A stretch of DNA of 64,000 nt from positions 64,001-128,000 of the forward strand of contig CBDAOY010000006.1 in the NCBI GenBank assembly GCA_965198225.1. Direction: 5' to 3'. This stretch comes from Terriglobia bacterium (lineage in GTDB: Bacteria; Acidobacteriota; Terriglobia; 20CM-2-55-15). The position numbers were made by a program, and so were the translations under genes. The notes beneath the pieces are model-generated. The model was not told the DNA's origin, searched no databases, and saw only the letters and a list, made by a program, of their open reading frames with translations. Each line of letters starts with the position of its first letter. The stretch's first letter is position 1. Positions 48,485 through 58,958 of the stretch are shown here, piece after piece.

Positions 48485-50704
48485 TCATCTCTTTTCGAGA
48501 AGGTGCGGCAGGGCGTCGCGCCAAACCTCTTCGAGTCCTTCGACGCTCTCGTCGATTGCCCTGGCACCCTCGTAATCCAGAATCAGCCGGTCGCCGCCCA
48601 CCTGACCCAACTCATATGCGGACAGCCCGTGTTCTGCAGCCCGTTTGCCCAGCCCCTCGGCGTCCGTCGTCGTCAGAAGGACGCGGGAGGGGAATTCTCC
48701 GAACAGGTCCCGACAGACCTCCAGGCACGACGGCACAACGATCTGGGCGCCGATACCGGCGCGGTGAATGTTCGAGAAACAGCATTCGGCCAGCGCGACG
48801 GAAAAGCCTCCTTCGCTCAGGTCGTGGGCCGATCGGACCAGGCTGTCCCGGATCAGGGTGGACACCAGGTTCTGGAGCGCCCGCTCTTCCTCCAGCTCGA
48901 TCCGCTCGCTTCTGGAGCCGGGTTCGACGAGAACAATTCGATCGCCGGCCTCCTTGAAGCCCGACGTCGTGACGAGGCCGATATCTTCGATCAGGCCCAC
49001 GATCCCGATCACCGGTGTCGGGAAGATGTCCTCCTCGAACGTCTCGTTGTAGAAACTGACGTTGCCTCCGGTGATGGGAGTGCCGAAGATTCCGCAGGCT
49101 TCCGACATCCCGTCGACCACCTCACTGAACTGCCACATGACTTCGGAATGCTCGGGGTTGCCAAAATTCAGGCAGTTGGTCGCAGCCAGCGGTCGGGCGC
49201 CTGAGCAGACGATGTTGCGGCAGGCTTCGGCGACGGCGCGTCTAGCGCCCTCTCGGGGGTCCCGGGCTACCTGAAATCCCGGGCCGTCCAGAACCATCGC
49301 CAGGGCTTTCGTCGTGCCCTTGATTCGAATGACGGCAGCGTCGGACCCGGGCCCCACCACGGTGTTCGACCCTACCATGTGGTCGTACTGCTCCCAGATC
49401 CAGCGACGGCTGGCAAGGTTGGGAGAGCCTAGCGCGAGCTTCAGCAGCGCGGCATAGTCCTGTGCTCCGGGGTCGCGGTCGGCGTTGAGGAAGGACTGGA
49501 CCGTGGCGGTCGGGCAGCCGTCGAGGAAACTGTAGAGCGACAGCTTGGCATCGACCCGCGCTGCCTTCGGCGGCAGAATCGGCCGGCGGTAGAGCGGACC
49601 GTCGTCGACGAGCGCCAGGTTTGGAACTTCCGCGACGGTCTCACCTCCACTGCGGACCCGGAGCAGACCGTCGTCGGTGACTTGGCCGACCCTTACGGCA
49701 TCGAGTCCCCACTTGTGGAAGACTTCAAACACCTCGCCCTCACGGTCCCTTTCGGCAACCAGGAGCATGCGCTCCTGCGACTCGCTGAGCATCACCTCGT
49801 AGGGGTTCATCCCCGACTCCCGCTGGGGCACCCGGTCCAGTTCCATCTCGACGCCGGTGCCGGCCCTGGCACCCATTTCGGAGCTGGAACAGGTCAGGCC
49901 GGCCGCACCCATGTCCTGTATGCCGACGATGAGTCCCTTTTCCATCGCCTCGAGGCAGGCCTCCAGGAGGAGTTTCTCCATGAAGGGATCACCAATCTGC
50001 ACATTCGGTCGTTTCGCGCCCGCATCCTCACCGAAACCGGCGGAAGCCATCGTGGCGCCGTGGATTCCGTCACGACCGGTCTTGGCACCGACGTAGATGA
50101 CGGGGTTGCCGACGCCTCTGGCCTGGCCGAGAAAGATCTTGTCCTTCTGGAAGATCCCCAGGGCAAACGCGTTCACGAGGGGATTCTGCGCGTAGCAGTC
50201 GGAAAAATAGACTTCACCGCCGATGGTCGGCACACCGAAACAGTTCCCGTAGAAAGCGATGCCGCCGACCACGCCCTCGAGAATGCGGCGGTTCTCGGCC
50301 TGCTCGAGCGATCCGAAGCGAAGGCTGTTCATCGCGGCAATCGGCCGGGCTCCCATTGTAAAAATGTCCCGCAGGATCCCCCCCACTCCGGTAGCAGCTC
50401 CCTGGAACGGCTCTATGTAGGAAGGATGGTTGTGGGATTCGATCTTGAAGGCGACGGCCAACCCGTCCCCGACATCGATGATGCCCGCGTTCTCGCCCGG
50501 CCCCTGCAGCACGGCTGCGCCTTCGGTCGGGAGCCGGTTCAAGTGGACTCGCGAGCTCTTGTAGCTGCAGTGCTCGCTCCACATGACGCTGAAGACACCG
50601 AGTTCGGTCACGTTCGGTTCGCGACCGAGGACGCGGACGATCTTCTGGTATTCGTCTTCGGTGAGACCGTGTTCTTCGAGCAGTTCGTCTGTGATCACGT
50701 TCAA
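48485..50704 (-). CDS. purL: FGAM synthase subunit PurL
   Basis: [46 protein letters not shown]. Confidence 0.97.
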   Translation of the reverse strand: MNVITDELLEEHGLTEDEYQKIVRVLGREPNVTELGVFSVMWSEHCSYKSSRVHLNRLPTEGAAVLQGPGENAGIIDVGDGLAVAFKIESHNHPSYIEPFQGAATGVGGILRDIFTMGARPIAAMNSLRFGSLEQAENRRILEGVVGGIAFYGNCFGVPTIGGEVYFSDCYAQNPLVNAFALGIFQKDKIFLGQARGVGNPVIYVGAKTGRDGIHGATMASAGFGEDAGAKRPNVQIGDPFMEKLLLEACLEAMEKGLIVGIQDMGAAGLTCSSSEMGARAGTGVEMELDRVPQRESGMNPYEVMLSESQERMLLVAERDREGEVFEVFHKWGLDAVRVGQVTDDGLLRVRSGGETVAEVPNLALVDDGPLYRRPILPPKAARVDAKLSLYSFLDGCPTATVQSFLNADRDPGAQDYAALLKLALGSPNLASRRWIWEQYDHMVGSNTVVGPGSDAAVIRIKGTTKALAMVLDGPGFQVARDPREGARRAVAEACRNIVCSGARPLAATNCLNFGNPEHSEVMWQFSEVVDGMSEACGIFGTPITGGNVSFYNETFEEDIFPTPVIGIVGLIEDIGLVTTSGFKEAGDRIVLVEPGSRSERIELEEERALQNLVSTLIRDSLVRSAHDLSEGGFSVALAECCFSNIHRAGIGAQIVVPSCLEVCRDLFGEFPSRVLLTTTDAEGLGKRAAEHGLSAYELGQVGGDRLILDYEGARAIDESVEGLEEVWRDALPHLLEKR

Positions 50705-50726
50705 ATAGATTTCTGCGTACGTTTCG

Positions 50727-51422
50727 CTACGCGACGGACAAGGCGTTTACCATGGACTCGAAGATCAGTTTTCCGTCGACGCTGCCGAGGATCTGTTCGC
50801 TCGACCGGTCCGGGTGCGGCATCATCCCCAAGACGTTGCGCTTCTCGTTGACGATGCCCGCGATGTTATTCAGCGAACCGTTCGGGTTCGCCTCCCCCGT
50901 GGGCTCCCCTTGTGCGTCCACGTAGCGGAACACCACTTGCCCGTCGTCCTCCAGCCGCCTGAGCGTCTTCTCATCCGCGTAGAAGTTCCCTTCCCCGTGA
51001 CCGATGGGGATGTGTACGATCTGCCCGGGAACGAGCGCATTCGTGAACGGCGTCGACACCGTCTCAGTCTTAAGATGAAGGAAGCGGCACACGTATTTCA
51101 TCCCGACGTTGGGCAGGAGGGCGCCGGGCAGCAGGCCGGCCTCCATGAGGATCTGAAACCCGTTACAGATGCCGATGATGAGTCCTCCGCTGTCGGCAAA
51201 TTCACGAACCGACCGCATCACGGGAGAAAAGCGTGCTATCGCACCGGTGCGGAGATAATCCCCGTACGCGAATCCGCCCGGCAGGATGATCGCATCGAAC
51301 CCGCCGACGGCGGTCTCCCGGTGCCAGATAAACTCGACGGGCTCTTCGATGACCGATTCGATCGCGTAGTAGCAATCGCGATCACAGTTGGAGCCTGGAA
51401 AAACAATGACGCCGAATTTCAT
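50727..51422 (-). CDS. purQ: FGAM synthase glutaminase subunit PurQ
   Basis: [38 protein letters not shown]. Confidence 0.97.
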   Translation of the reverse strand: MKFGVIVFPGSNCDRDCYYAIESVIEEPVEFIWHRETAVGGFDAIILPGGFAYGDYLRTGAIARFSPVMRSVREFADSGGLIIGICNGFQILMEAGLLPGALLPNVGMKYVCRFLHLKTETVSTPFTNALVPGQIVHIPIGHGEGNFYADEKTLRRLEDDGQVVFRYVDAQGEPTGEANPNGSLNNIAGIVNEKRNVLGMMPHPDRSSEQILGSVDGKLIFESMVNALSVA

Positions 51423-51423
51423 G

Positions 51424-51666
51424 TCAGTCCCACACGATCCGGTAGTGCTCGATGACGGGGTTGGTCAGGACTTCGCTTGCGAGCCGATCGACGAGCGAGC
51501 TTCGATCTGCCTCGGCCATCTCGTCGTCGAGCTCGACTTCAAAATACTTGCCCTGCCGTACACCATCCACCCCGGAAAACCCCAGCGATTCCAGGTTCCG
51601 GTGCAACGTGATGCCCTGTGGGTCCAGGACGGTCGCCTTCAGAGTCACAATCACGGTCGCTTTCAT
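51424..51666 (-). CDS. purS: FGAM synthase subunit PurS
   Basis: [22 protein letters not shown]. Confidence 0.96.
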   Translation of the reverse strand: MKATVIVTLKATVLDPQGITLHRNLESLGFSGVDGVRQGKYFEVELDDEMAEADRSSLVDRLASEVLTNPVIEHYRIVWD

Positions 51667-52160
51667 CCAGTTTCGGCTCCCTGTGGAAGGAAGAATTCCT
51701 TGGCGTCGGGATCGTAGTCGAACAACTCGGAGTAACGGGCCCAGTCAACCGCCGTGTCGAGCTGACGTTCCGATTCCTGCGGGGAGAAGGAACTGCCGAG
51801 CTGATCCAGGATGCGCTCGCGCTCGACACGATGATCGGCCTCCCGGTCGAGCTCCCGCATGATATGAGGAATCAAACCGACGTTCGCAACCATCTGGCGC
51901 CTGAAGATCTCCTTCTTTGCGTTCTCGTCCCCGTCTATGATCTGCCGTCCGAGGTCGAGGATCTGGATGTCGCCTTCCTCGACGCTGGCGAAACCCAGCA
52001 TCTCGGCGGCCTCGGTAATCGGCATGAGATCGTCCAGTTCGAATTGCAGGGCTTGCGTCAGCTTGTAGATATCGATCCGCCCGCCATGCTCGTCGAGGTT
52101 CTCCAGCAACCCCCCGATCATGTCGATCTTCGCGTGCGGAAGCTCCCCTACGTCGGACAT
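51663..52160 (-). CDS. Stand-alone AAA_assoc_C-like domain protein
   Basis: LPHA..GLLE.L...GGR.D...L...LQFELDDL.P..EA.EMLGFA....GDI...LD.AVDWARYSELFDYD matches the C-terminal domain of NitT/TauT ABC ATPases; no Walker motifs. Confidence 0.75.
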   Translation of the reverse strand: MSDVGELPHAKIDMIGGLLENLDEHGGRIDIYKLTQALQFELDDLMPITEAAEMLGFASVEEGDIQILDLGRQIIDGDENAKKEIFRRQMVANVGLIPHIMRELDREADHRVERERILDQLGSSFSPQESERQLDTAVDWARYSELFDYDPDAKEFFLPQGAETG

Positions 52161-52163
52161 GCT

Positions 52164-52217
52164 TGAGCGCACAAGGTTTCGCGTTCGGACGATTGTGCGG
52201 TCATAGACCGCACCTAC
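52164..52217. repeat. GTAG-REP plus truncated partner
   Basis: Inverted G-type 52195-52217; remnant TGAGCGCAC 52164-52172. Confidence 0.8.
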
Positions 52218-52223
52218 ACCTGC

Positions 52224-53519
52224 CTACTCCCCGAACACCCGCTCGAATATCCGGTCGACGTTTTCCAGCAACTTCGAGGAATCGAAGACGCGATCGATGT
52301 CGCTCGCGCTGAGATGTTGAGCGATATCGTCGTCGGACAGAACACACTCTTTGAATTCGGCCTGCTCGTCCCAGACGCGCATCGAGTTTCGCTGGACCCA
52401 GCGGTAGGCATCCTCGCGGGTGGCACCTTTCTCGACCAGCTCGAGCAGCAACTGGCCCGAATAGATCAAGCCGTGGGTGAGATCGAGATTCTCCTGCATT
52501 CGGTCGGTGTTCACGACGAGTCGCTCGAGGAGACTCGACGACCGGTCCAGCAGGTAATCCAGGATGATCGTCGAGTCGGGAAAGATCACGCGTTCGACTG
52601 ATGAATGCGAGATGTCCCGTTCGTGCCACAGAGCGACGTTTTCCATGGCCGACACCGCATTGCCCCGCAGAAGACGGGCCAGGCCTGAAATCTGCTCGGA
52701 CGTGATCGGGTTCCGTTTATGAGGCATCGCGGAGGAACCCTTCTGACTGGACGAGAAATACTCCTCGGCCTCACGGACCTCCGTGCGCTGAAGGTGACGG
52801 ATCTCGACGGCGATCTTCTCGAGCGTGGCTCCGATCAGCGCGATGGTCGAGATGTAGTGGGCATGGCGATCGCGCTGGATCACCTGGGATGAGGCTGGAG
52901 CCGGTCGAAGGCCAAGCTTCTCCATCACCTTTTGTTCGACATCCGGCGAGAGATGGGCGAAGGTTCCGACTGCTCCCGACAGCTTTCCGAACCGCATCCC
53001 CTCGGCCGCCTGCTCGAATCTCCGACGGTGACGCCGGACCTCGTCATACCAGATCGCGAGCTTGTGCCCGAAGGTCACCGGCTCGGCGTGGATGCCGTGT
53101 GTGCGACCGACCATCACTGTGGCCTTGAACTCGTGGGCGCGGGACCGGAGGACCTCGCTGAGGCGGTCGGTTCCCTCCATCAGGATCGACGAAGCTTCGC
53201 GAACCTGGAGCGCCATCGCCGTGTCGAGTACATCGGATGAAGTCAGACCGTAGTGAAAATAGCGCGACGCCGGTCCGACCTGCTCGGCGACGGCGGTCGT
53301 GAAGGCGATCACGTCGTGGCGCACTTCGGCTTCGATCTCGTTGATCCGGTCGACGGAAAACGCCGCCTTGTCCCGGATTTGCTGTGCGGCTTCGCTGGGG
53401 ACGACGCCTTCGGCTTCAAGAACGCTGGTGGCCGCGAGCTCGACTTCGAGCCACCGCCCGTACCTGTTTTCGTCTTCCCAGATACGACCCATTGCGGGTC
53501 GGGTGTAGCGCGGGATCAA
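52224..53519 (-). CDS. purB: Adenylosuccinate lyase
   Basis: MIPRYT, HYGLTSSD, GRTHGIHAEP, GSSAMPHKRNP, WHERDISHSS. Confidence 0.97.
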   Translation of the reverse strand: MIPRYTRPAMGRIWEDENRYGRWLEVELAATSVLEAEGVVPSEAAQQIRDKAAFSVDRINEIEAEVRHDVIAFTTAVAEQVGPASRYFHYGLTSSDVLDTAMALQVREASSILMEGTDRLSEVLRSRAHEFKATVMVGRTHGIHAEPVTFGHKLAIWYDEVRRHRRRFEQAAEGMRFGKLSGAVGTFAHLSPDVEQKVMEKLGLRPAPASSQVIQRDRHAHYISTIALIGATLEKIAVEIRHLQRTEVREAEEYFSSSQKGSSAMPHKRNPITSEQISGLARLLRGNAVSAMENVALWHERDISHSSVERVIFPDSTIILDYLLDRSSSLLERLVVNTDRMQENLDLTHGLIYSGQLLLELVEKGATREDAYRWVQRNSMRVWDEQAEFKECVLSDDDIAQHLSASDIDRVFDSSKLLENVDRIFERVFGE

Positions 53520-53553
53520 GTCGGCTCACTCCTGGTCTGAGGATGTTCGGTGT

Positions 53554-54342
53554 TCAGCCCAGCTCGATCGGAGCGCTGGGCGAATCCTGAGCCGCGAGGC
53601 TGAGGGAAGTTTGTCGCAAACCCCTGGATGCCAGGGCTTGGCGGGCCTCCTGCTTCGCCAGCTCGGGATGATTGTTCTTCGAGCTCAGGTGCGCCAGGAC
53701 AATATGGGCGGCGCTGCCGTCGTAGGGCCCCCGAAGGAATCGTCCGACCGCGGAGTTCGACAGATGGCCCTTCCTCCCCATCAGGCGTTCCTTGAGCCTC
53801 CAGGGATAAGGGCCGACCCGAAGCATGTCCAAGTCGTGGTTCGATTCGAGAATCAGGACATCCGATCCGTTCAACGCGTCGGCAACACCGCCCGGGATCC
53901 ACCCGAGGTCGGTCAGCTGCGTCACCTTGACGCCATTGTAGCGAATCGAGAACGCGACCGGTTGTTCGGCATCGTGCGGAACCGAAAACGGGATGACTTC
54001 CACGTCGCCGACCTGAAAGCTGCTGCCGGGAGCGATCGGCAGGACCGTCGAGCCGTTCTTCTCGTACCGACCGGTGCGGCCGCCCTCCATCGTGCCCTCG
54101 GACATATACGCCACTACCGAGGACTCCTTCAACATGGCCGGAAGCCCGCCGATGTGATCCGCATGTTCGTGCGTGACGAGGACCGCATCGATAGCTTCGG
54201 GGTCTTCTCCGAGGGCGGACAGGCGCTTTCCGATTGCCCGGCGACTCAACCCACAGTCTATCAGCACACGCGTCTTATCAGTGCGCACGTAGGTGGCGTT
54301 GCCGCGACTTCCGCTGCCGAGAACCGATACCTTGATAGACAT
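53554..54342 (-). CDS. MBL-fold hydrolase, YycJ/WalJ-like
   Basis: LGSGSRGN, THEHADH, VPHDA, TDLG, LESNHD, GHLSN, LAHLS; start at ATG 54342. Confidence 0.92.
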   Translation of the reverse strand: MSIKVSVLGSGSRGNATYVRTDKTRVLIDCGLSRRAIGKRLSALGEDPEAIDAVLVTHEHADHIGGLPAMLKESSVVAYMSEGTMEGGRTGRYEKNGSTVLPIAPGSSFQVGDVEVIPFSVPHDAEQPVAFSIRYNGVKVTQLTDLGWIPGGVADALNGSDVLILESNHDLDMLRVGPYPWRLKERLMGRKGHLSNSAVGRFLRGPYDGSAAHIVLAHLSSKNNHPELAKQEARQALASRGLRQTSLSLAAQDSPSAPIELG

Positions 54343-54357
54343 CCCTAAAAAGAGAAC

Positions 54358-54567
54358 AGACAGCTCCGGGGCGGGAGCGGGCTGAACTGCAAGAATCGTA
54401 AAGAGAAGTTTGGCGGGGCGGTCCGGTCTGGACTGCTCACTCCAACCCTGAGGTCCCTGGACGGAAGAAAGTGTGGAGCATTGCTCCGTTCCCTTCCTGA
54501 GCAGCGACAGTCGAAACCCCGCCCCACCCACAGTATTCAGATGGCTGGGGACAGGTCCGGGGCATCT
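54358..54567 (-). ncRNA. Candidate structured RNA / leader of unknown class
   Basis: Nested complementary segments (54358-69/54557-67, 54412-21/54519-28, 54433-39/54498-504, 54463-67/54493-97, 54475-80/54482-87); no known motif recognised. Confidence 0.35.
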
Positions 54568-54607
54568 ACCATAAATTTCTTGAATCCAGTACAATCATGG
54601 TACCGCG

Positions 54608-55150
54608 ATGCGTCTGAAACCCATTCTTTTCTTCGGCCTGATCGGTCTCCTGGCCGCATTCGCCATCTACAATGGCGGGGGCCCAAACCTGGCGATCGGC
54701 TCTGTGGCGCCCGACTTCGAATTGAAAGATCCGGACGGCAAACTCGTGCGTCTGAGCGACTTCCGCGGCAAGTTCGTTTTCCTGAACTTCTGGGCCACGT
54801 GGTGCGAGCCGTGTGTCGACGAAATGCCCGCGATGATGACGCTGAACGAGACCCTCAAGGACCGCGATTTCCAGATGCTGGCCGTCAGTGTCGACACAAG
54901 TTGGAAAGCGATCGAGGAGTTCTACGCCCAGTACGAGTTGGACCTGCCGACGCTGCTCGACCCTGCTCAGGCGGTCAGCCGGGGCCGTTACAAGGCAACC
55001 GGTTTCCCGGAGACCTTCCTGATCGATCAAAACGGCCATATCCGGCGCCGTGTCATCGGCCCGGAACTGTGGGCGCATCCACAAGTCGTCGCTCAGATCG
55101 AGGAGATGATGGATCAGCCGATCATCGACCGAGAAGGCTCCACCGAGTAG
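54608..55150 (+). CDS. TlpA/ResA family thiol-disulfide oxidoreductase
   Basis: N-terminal TM, APDFEL, LNFWATWCEPC, GFPETFLID. Confidence 0.93.
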   Translation: MRLKPILFFGLIGLLAAFAIYNGGGPNLAIGSVAPDFELKDPDGKLVRLSDFRGKFVFLNFWATWCEPCVDEMPAMMTLNETLKDRDFQMLAVSVDTSWKAIEEFYAQYELDLPTLLDPAQAVSRGRYKATGFPETFLIDQNGHIRRRVIGPELWAHPQVVAQIEEMMDQPIIDREGSTE

Positions 55151-55414
55151 TGGCCTGTAACAGAGAGAGTGATAGAGGCGTTGCGAGCGCAACGGTACCG
55201 TATTCTAGGAGCGCCGCCCGAGTTAATGCTGCTTCATTGCGAGAAGGCGCGACAACGAAGACGGTACCGTTCCGCCGCAACCCGAAGGGACGCTGGGTCT
55301 TGCCAGCCACGCAGCGGAGTTAGGAAACCGGCGTTTTTCGTTCTGCAACGACTCGTGAGAGGACCGGCAAGGCCCATCGGCGACGCTGTCACTATCTCTG
55401 TTACAGGCCACCAG
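55148..55414 (+). mobile_element. Structured MITE-like element, copy B
   Basis: TIR GTGGCCTGTAACAGAGA 55150-55166 / TCTCTGTTACAGGCCAC 55395-55411; homologous to 20951-21213. Confidence 0.8.
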
Positions 55415-55440
55415 GCAACCCTGCCGCCGCCTCGCCGCAC

Positions 55441-56532
55441 ATGACGTTCACCGGCTCAGAATCCGTGCCAACACTCGACTGCTTCTTCGGCCTTACACGC
55501 GCCGAACTGGCCGACAGCCTGGATCGGGACTTTCGCGCCACCCAGATCTTCGAAGCGGTCTACGCCCAATGGGCGGACGACTTCGATCGAATCACGAATC
55601 TGCCCAAACCGCTCCGGACGGAGCTCCGCAACCGCTTCGACATCGGGATGCCCGCGATCCACCGCTCGTTTTCCTCCGACGACGGCACCGAGCGATACCT
55701 GCTCCGGTTCGCGGACGGTGAGATGGCCGAAACCGTGTTTATTCCGGACGGAAGCCGAAATACGATCTGCGTGTCGTCGCAAGTGGGTTGCGCCCTGGCC
55801 TGCAGCTTCTGTCTGACAGGGCAGCTAGGATTCACCAGACACTTGACGGCCGGCGAGATCGTCGGGCAGGTGATCCTGGTGCAGCGCCTGAACGTGCCCT
55901 CCGAGAAGCGGGACCACTTCAACGTGGTCCTGATGGGCATGGGCGAACCCCTGCACAACTATGACAACGTCATGAGGGCCCTGGAGATCCTGCATGATCC
56001 GGCAGGCCTGGGTATGTCGATGTCGCGGATTACCCTGTCGACGGCAGGGCTCATACCGGAGCTCGAGCGTCTGTCCTCGGAACCGTTGATTCCGAACCTG
56101 GCCGTTTCCGTGACCGGCACCACGAACGAGAACCGCGACCGCCTGATGCCGATCAACCGGACCTACCCGATCGAGGCTCTCGTGTCCACTCTCGGCCGGT
56201 TCCCGCTCAAGCCGCGGCAACGGATCACCTTCGAGTACGTCCTGCTCAGGGGCATTACCGATTCGGTCCAGGACGCCAGACGCCTCGCTCGTGCGGTCGA
56301 AGGAGTCCGGGCAAAGGTGAACCTCATCCCGCTCAACGAATCGCCGGACCTGGATCTGGAAAGATCTCCCGATCCCGACATACGCCGTTTCCAGCAAATC
56401 CTCGAGGAGGCCGGCGTTCCGACCTTTATCCGCAAGAGTCGCGGCAGCGACATCTCGGCCGCGTGCGGTCAGCTCAAGAAGAAATGGGCGGATGGGCGTC
56501 CGGAAATCGATTTGACGGCGTTGGGGGTGTAG
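55441..56532 (+). CDS. rlmN: 23S rRNA A2503 C2-methyltransferase (radical SAM)
   Basis: CVSSQVGCALACSFC, MGMGEPL, FEYVLL, VNLIPLN, RGSDISAACGQL. Confidence 0.96.
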   Translation: MTFTGSESVPTLDCFFGLTRAELADSLDRDFRATQIFEAVYAQWADDFDRITNLPKPLRTELRNRFDIGMPAIHRSFSSDDGTERYLLRFADGEMAETVFIPDGSRNTICVSSQVGCALACSFCLTGQLGFTRHLTAGEIVGQVILVQRLNVPSEKRDHFNVVLMGMGEPLHNYDNVMRALEILHDPAGLGMSMSRITLSTAGLIPELERLSSEPLIPNLAVSVTGTTNENRDRLMPINRTYPIEALVSTLGRFPLKPRQRITFEYVLLRGITDSVQDARRLARAVEGVRAKVNLIPLNESPDLDLERSPDPDIRRFQQILEEAGVPTFIRKSRGSDISAACGQLKKKWADGRPEIDLTALGV

Positions 56533-56551
56533 GTGCGGTCTATGACCGCAC
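56529..56551. repeat. Single GTAG-REP overlapping the rlmN stop
   Basis: GTAGGTGCGGTCTATGACCGCAC; the following spacer matches the reverse complement of 8636-8658. Confidence 0.9.
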
Positions 56552-56683
56552 AACTTGTGCTTCCGCGGGCATTTGTATTGGCGTTCACCGTCGTTTACGC
56601 TGAAGAACACCCGTTTATCAACTTCTTCGCTTAGTCAAGACCCGCGGTCACCGAACGGACAACGGCCTACGGCCTACGAACAA

Positions 56684-57763
56684 CTAATAAACGTCCCGGA
56701 GCCAGCGGACGATCTCGTCGATCGCTCTGGGATCGGCTAGCCAGGCGGCGGTGCCGCCGTCTACGGGAAGGGTGACGATTCGGGAAGGTCCGCTGATGTA
56801 ATTGCGAATCCGGTTCCCGACCGCCTGGTCGTTGACCATGAGGAGGGCGGAACGCGGAGTGAAGTCCTGCGCGCTGCCCGACATCGAGAGAGCCTCTCCC
56901 ATGTCGGGGTCGAGCGCCGCAACGGTGTAGACCTCGCTGAAGCGACCGCTGGCGATCAGGGCAAGGTTGGCCCCCACGTCAGCCCCGATCACCACGATCC
57001 GGTTCGACGCCAGACGCGGTTGAGACTTCAGCCAGTCCAGCGCCGGCCCGACATCCAGCGGAAACTGGCGAGAGTCCATCCGCCAATCAGGTTCCGGTTC
57101 GATCGGTTCGCGGTTTCGTGTCTTGCTGAGACCGTGACCGCGTAGATCGATCGACATCACGGCCCATCCGTCCGTCAACAGACGGGTCTCCAGGTCGCCC
57201 CAGACCGCCCGGTTCTCTCCGTACCCGTGCAGAAGCAACACGGCCGGTATCGGAGCCGGAATCCCGGTTGGAAGCTCGAACGAGCCGCGAATCTGCACCA
57301 GGTCAAACGTGTCGAACCGGGGACCGTTGTCGTTGCCTTCAAGATCGGAGTCACTGGGAACGATCGCGACGTCGAGTTCGAAGTTCAGGACGTTGTCCGG
57401 ACGGCTCAAGAACGAGCTGACGATCCGCCTCCGGGACTCCTTACCCTGGAACTCGGCATGGACTTCGTAGTCGACGTCGGGCGGGAGACCGTTGAGCGCG
57501 TACAACCCGTCGTCGTCGGTCGTCAGCGTACGAATGATATCGGTTTCGGTGTTCCGGACGAATACACGCGCTCCCAGGACGGGTTGTCCGCGCAGGTCTC
57601 GAACCACGCCGTGAACGTTCTTGGGGCGCGGCTCAGGTCGCTGGGCGGAGGCCGGGATGGCGCCCCCCGGCAGCAGAATTCCAGATAGCAGCAGGCCGGA
57701 AACAGCAGCGGCCCTAACCCTCGGGCTTGAGAAGAACAGTAAGATCGACACGCTCATCGGCAA
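56684..57763 (-). CDS. Secreted carboxypeptidase-regulatory-like domain + alpha/beta hydrolase fold protein
   Basis: VHGVVRD..G.PV.GARV..TTDDDGLY..GLPP; then LLLHGYG, IDLRGHG, elbow GADVG; start uncertain. Confidence 0.8.
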   Translation of the reverse strand: MPMSVSILLFFSSPRVRAAAVSGLLLSGILLPGGAIPASAQRPEPRPKNVHGVVRDLRGQPVLGARVFVRNTETDIIRTLTTDDDGLYALNGLPPDVDYEVHAEFQGKESRRRIVSSFLSRPDNVLNFELDVAIVPSDSDLEGNDNGPRFDTFDLVQIRGSFELPTGIPAPIPAVLLLHGYGENRAVWGDLETRLLTDGWAVMSIDLRGHGLSKTRNREPIEPEPDWRMDSRQFPLDVGPALDWLKSQPRLASNRIVVIGADVGANLALIASGRFSEVYTVAALDPDMGEALSMSGSAQDFTPRSALLMVNDQAVGNRIRNYISGPSRIVTLPVDGGTAAWLADPRAIDEIVRWLRDVY

Positions 57764-58097
57764 AAACCTCTATCTCCCGTTTGTCCTCTGCGAAGTTCTC
57801 GGCCCGGAACGTGATTGCCCACTTGGCAGGCCCTGGAGGCAGCCGAAAGGCAAACTCCCCGATCGCGTCGCTCCGAACTTCCCTTCGGGTCTTTTTTCGG
57901 TCCTTCTCGTCCACGTCGACGCGTTCGATTTCGATTTCGACCCCCGGGAAAGAACGCCCGACGAACGTGAACACGGTTCCCTTGACGAGTGCGTAGTCCT
58001 CGGTTTCCTGGGCGGCCGCTTCGACCTGCAGGCTCGCCACAAGCAGCAGGATGCCGACAGATGAGAGGGCACCCCCGATGAATCCCGACCTCACCAC
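57714..58097 (-). CDS. Small secreted carboxypeptidase-regulatory-like domain protein
   Basis: Signal peptide; VKGTVF..G..FPGVEI..SDAIGEFAFRLPPG; GTG 58097 follows GAGGGG. Confidence 0.7.
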   Translation of the reverse strand: MVRSGFIGGALSSVGILLLVASLQVEAAAQETEDYALVKGTVFTFVGRSFPGVEIEIERVDVDEKDRKKTRREVRSDAIGEFAFRLPPGPAKWAITFRAENFAEDKREIEVFADERVDLTVLLKPEG

Positions 58098-58107
58098 CGT
58101 GGGCCCC

Positions 58108-58641
58108 TCAATTCGATCCTCTCTTGAGCAGTCTTTGGATGACCTCTTCGGTGCCTTCATAGCGACCGATACCCGTGTGGCTCAGCTGGATCACCCCTTC
58201 CTGGTCGACGACATAGTGCGTCGGCCAGGCGGCACAGAGATAGTCCGTCCAGGTCAGGTAGTCGTGGTCGATCGTTACCGGATACTCCAGTCCGCGGGCA
58301 GCCACGGTCTCACGCACCTTCGCAACGTCCTCCTCGAACTCGGCACGGGGGGTATGCACCCCGATGATGACCAGACCCTCGTCTGCATACTTGGCATGCA
58401 TCTCCTTCAGATGGGGCATCGTCTTCGCGCATTCGGGGCAGGCGAAAGCCCAGAAATCGATCAGGACAACCTTCCCCCGCAGACCCTCCAGGGTAAGTGG
58501 CTCTGAATTGATCCATTCGCTGGTCTTGAGTTCCGGCGCCTTCTGCCCGACAAAAGCATCGTCAGCATGTTGCGCCGTCAGCACCGCGGCCGGCAGCAGG
58601 ATCAGGCCCGCTAACAGGACACAGGAAAGTCTTCGAAGCAT
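58108..58641 (-). CDS. Secreted redoxin (DipZ/TlpA-like thioredoxin)
   Basis: APEL..WINS.PL..LRGKVVLIDFWAFACPEC, IIGVHTP, AWPT. Confidence 0.9.
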   Translation of the reverse strand: MLRRLSCVLLAGLILLPAAVLTAQHADDAFVGQKAPELKTSEWINSEPLTLEGLRGKVVLIDFWAFACPECAKTMPHLKEMHAKYADEGLVIIGVHTPRAEFEEDVAKVRETVAARGLEYPVTIDHDYLTWTDYLCAAWPTHYVVDQEGVIQLSHTGIGRYEGTEEVIQRLLKRGSN

Positions 58642-58715
58642 GATTTCTCCGTTTCGCTGGGATAGAAGCCTATTTTGTCACAGATTTAGCCTTTCGTTAA
58701 GCGAACGGGACGACT

Positions 58716-58945
58716 GTAGGGGGGACAGGGCCTCGCTGCCCCCGGTTGTCTTGCTAAGCCGAGACTTTCGCAAAAGACCCTGGCGTGGGGGGACCGGACC
58801 AGCTGTCTTTCTCCGTAGCCGTCCGCAATGCGGGTGTGTCGTCGAACGCTTTTACTGTCCGTGAGAGGGGGACGGTGGGCCCGACGCTAATGAACGCCGG
58901 GGACAGGGCTTGCCCTGTCCCCGGGTGTTTACTAAGCAGAAGTGT
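58716..58945 (+). repeat. Composite element: shared cargo core bounded by GGGGACAGGG-type hairpins
   Basis: Core 58782-58894 matches the 18902 element; stem CCGGGGACAGGGC 58897-58909 / GCCCTGTCCCCGG 58912-58924. Confidence 0.8.
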
Positions 58946-58958
58946 CTGGGAGCGCGAT

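Noticed and set aside
54500-54530. tmRNA-like 5' end (GGGGCGGGGTTTCGAC on the minus strand)
   Set aside because: No tRNA-like 3' end (GGTTCGA..CCACCA) or tag reading frame at a suitable distance
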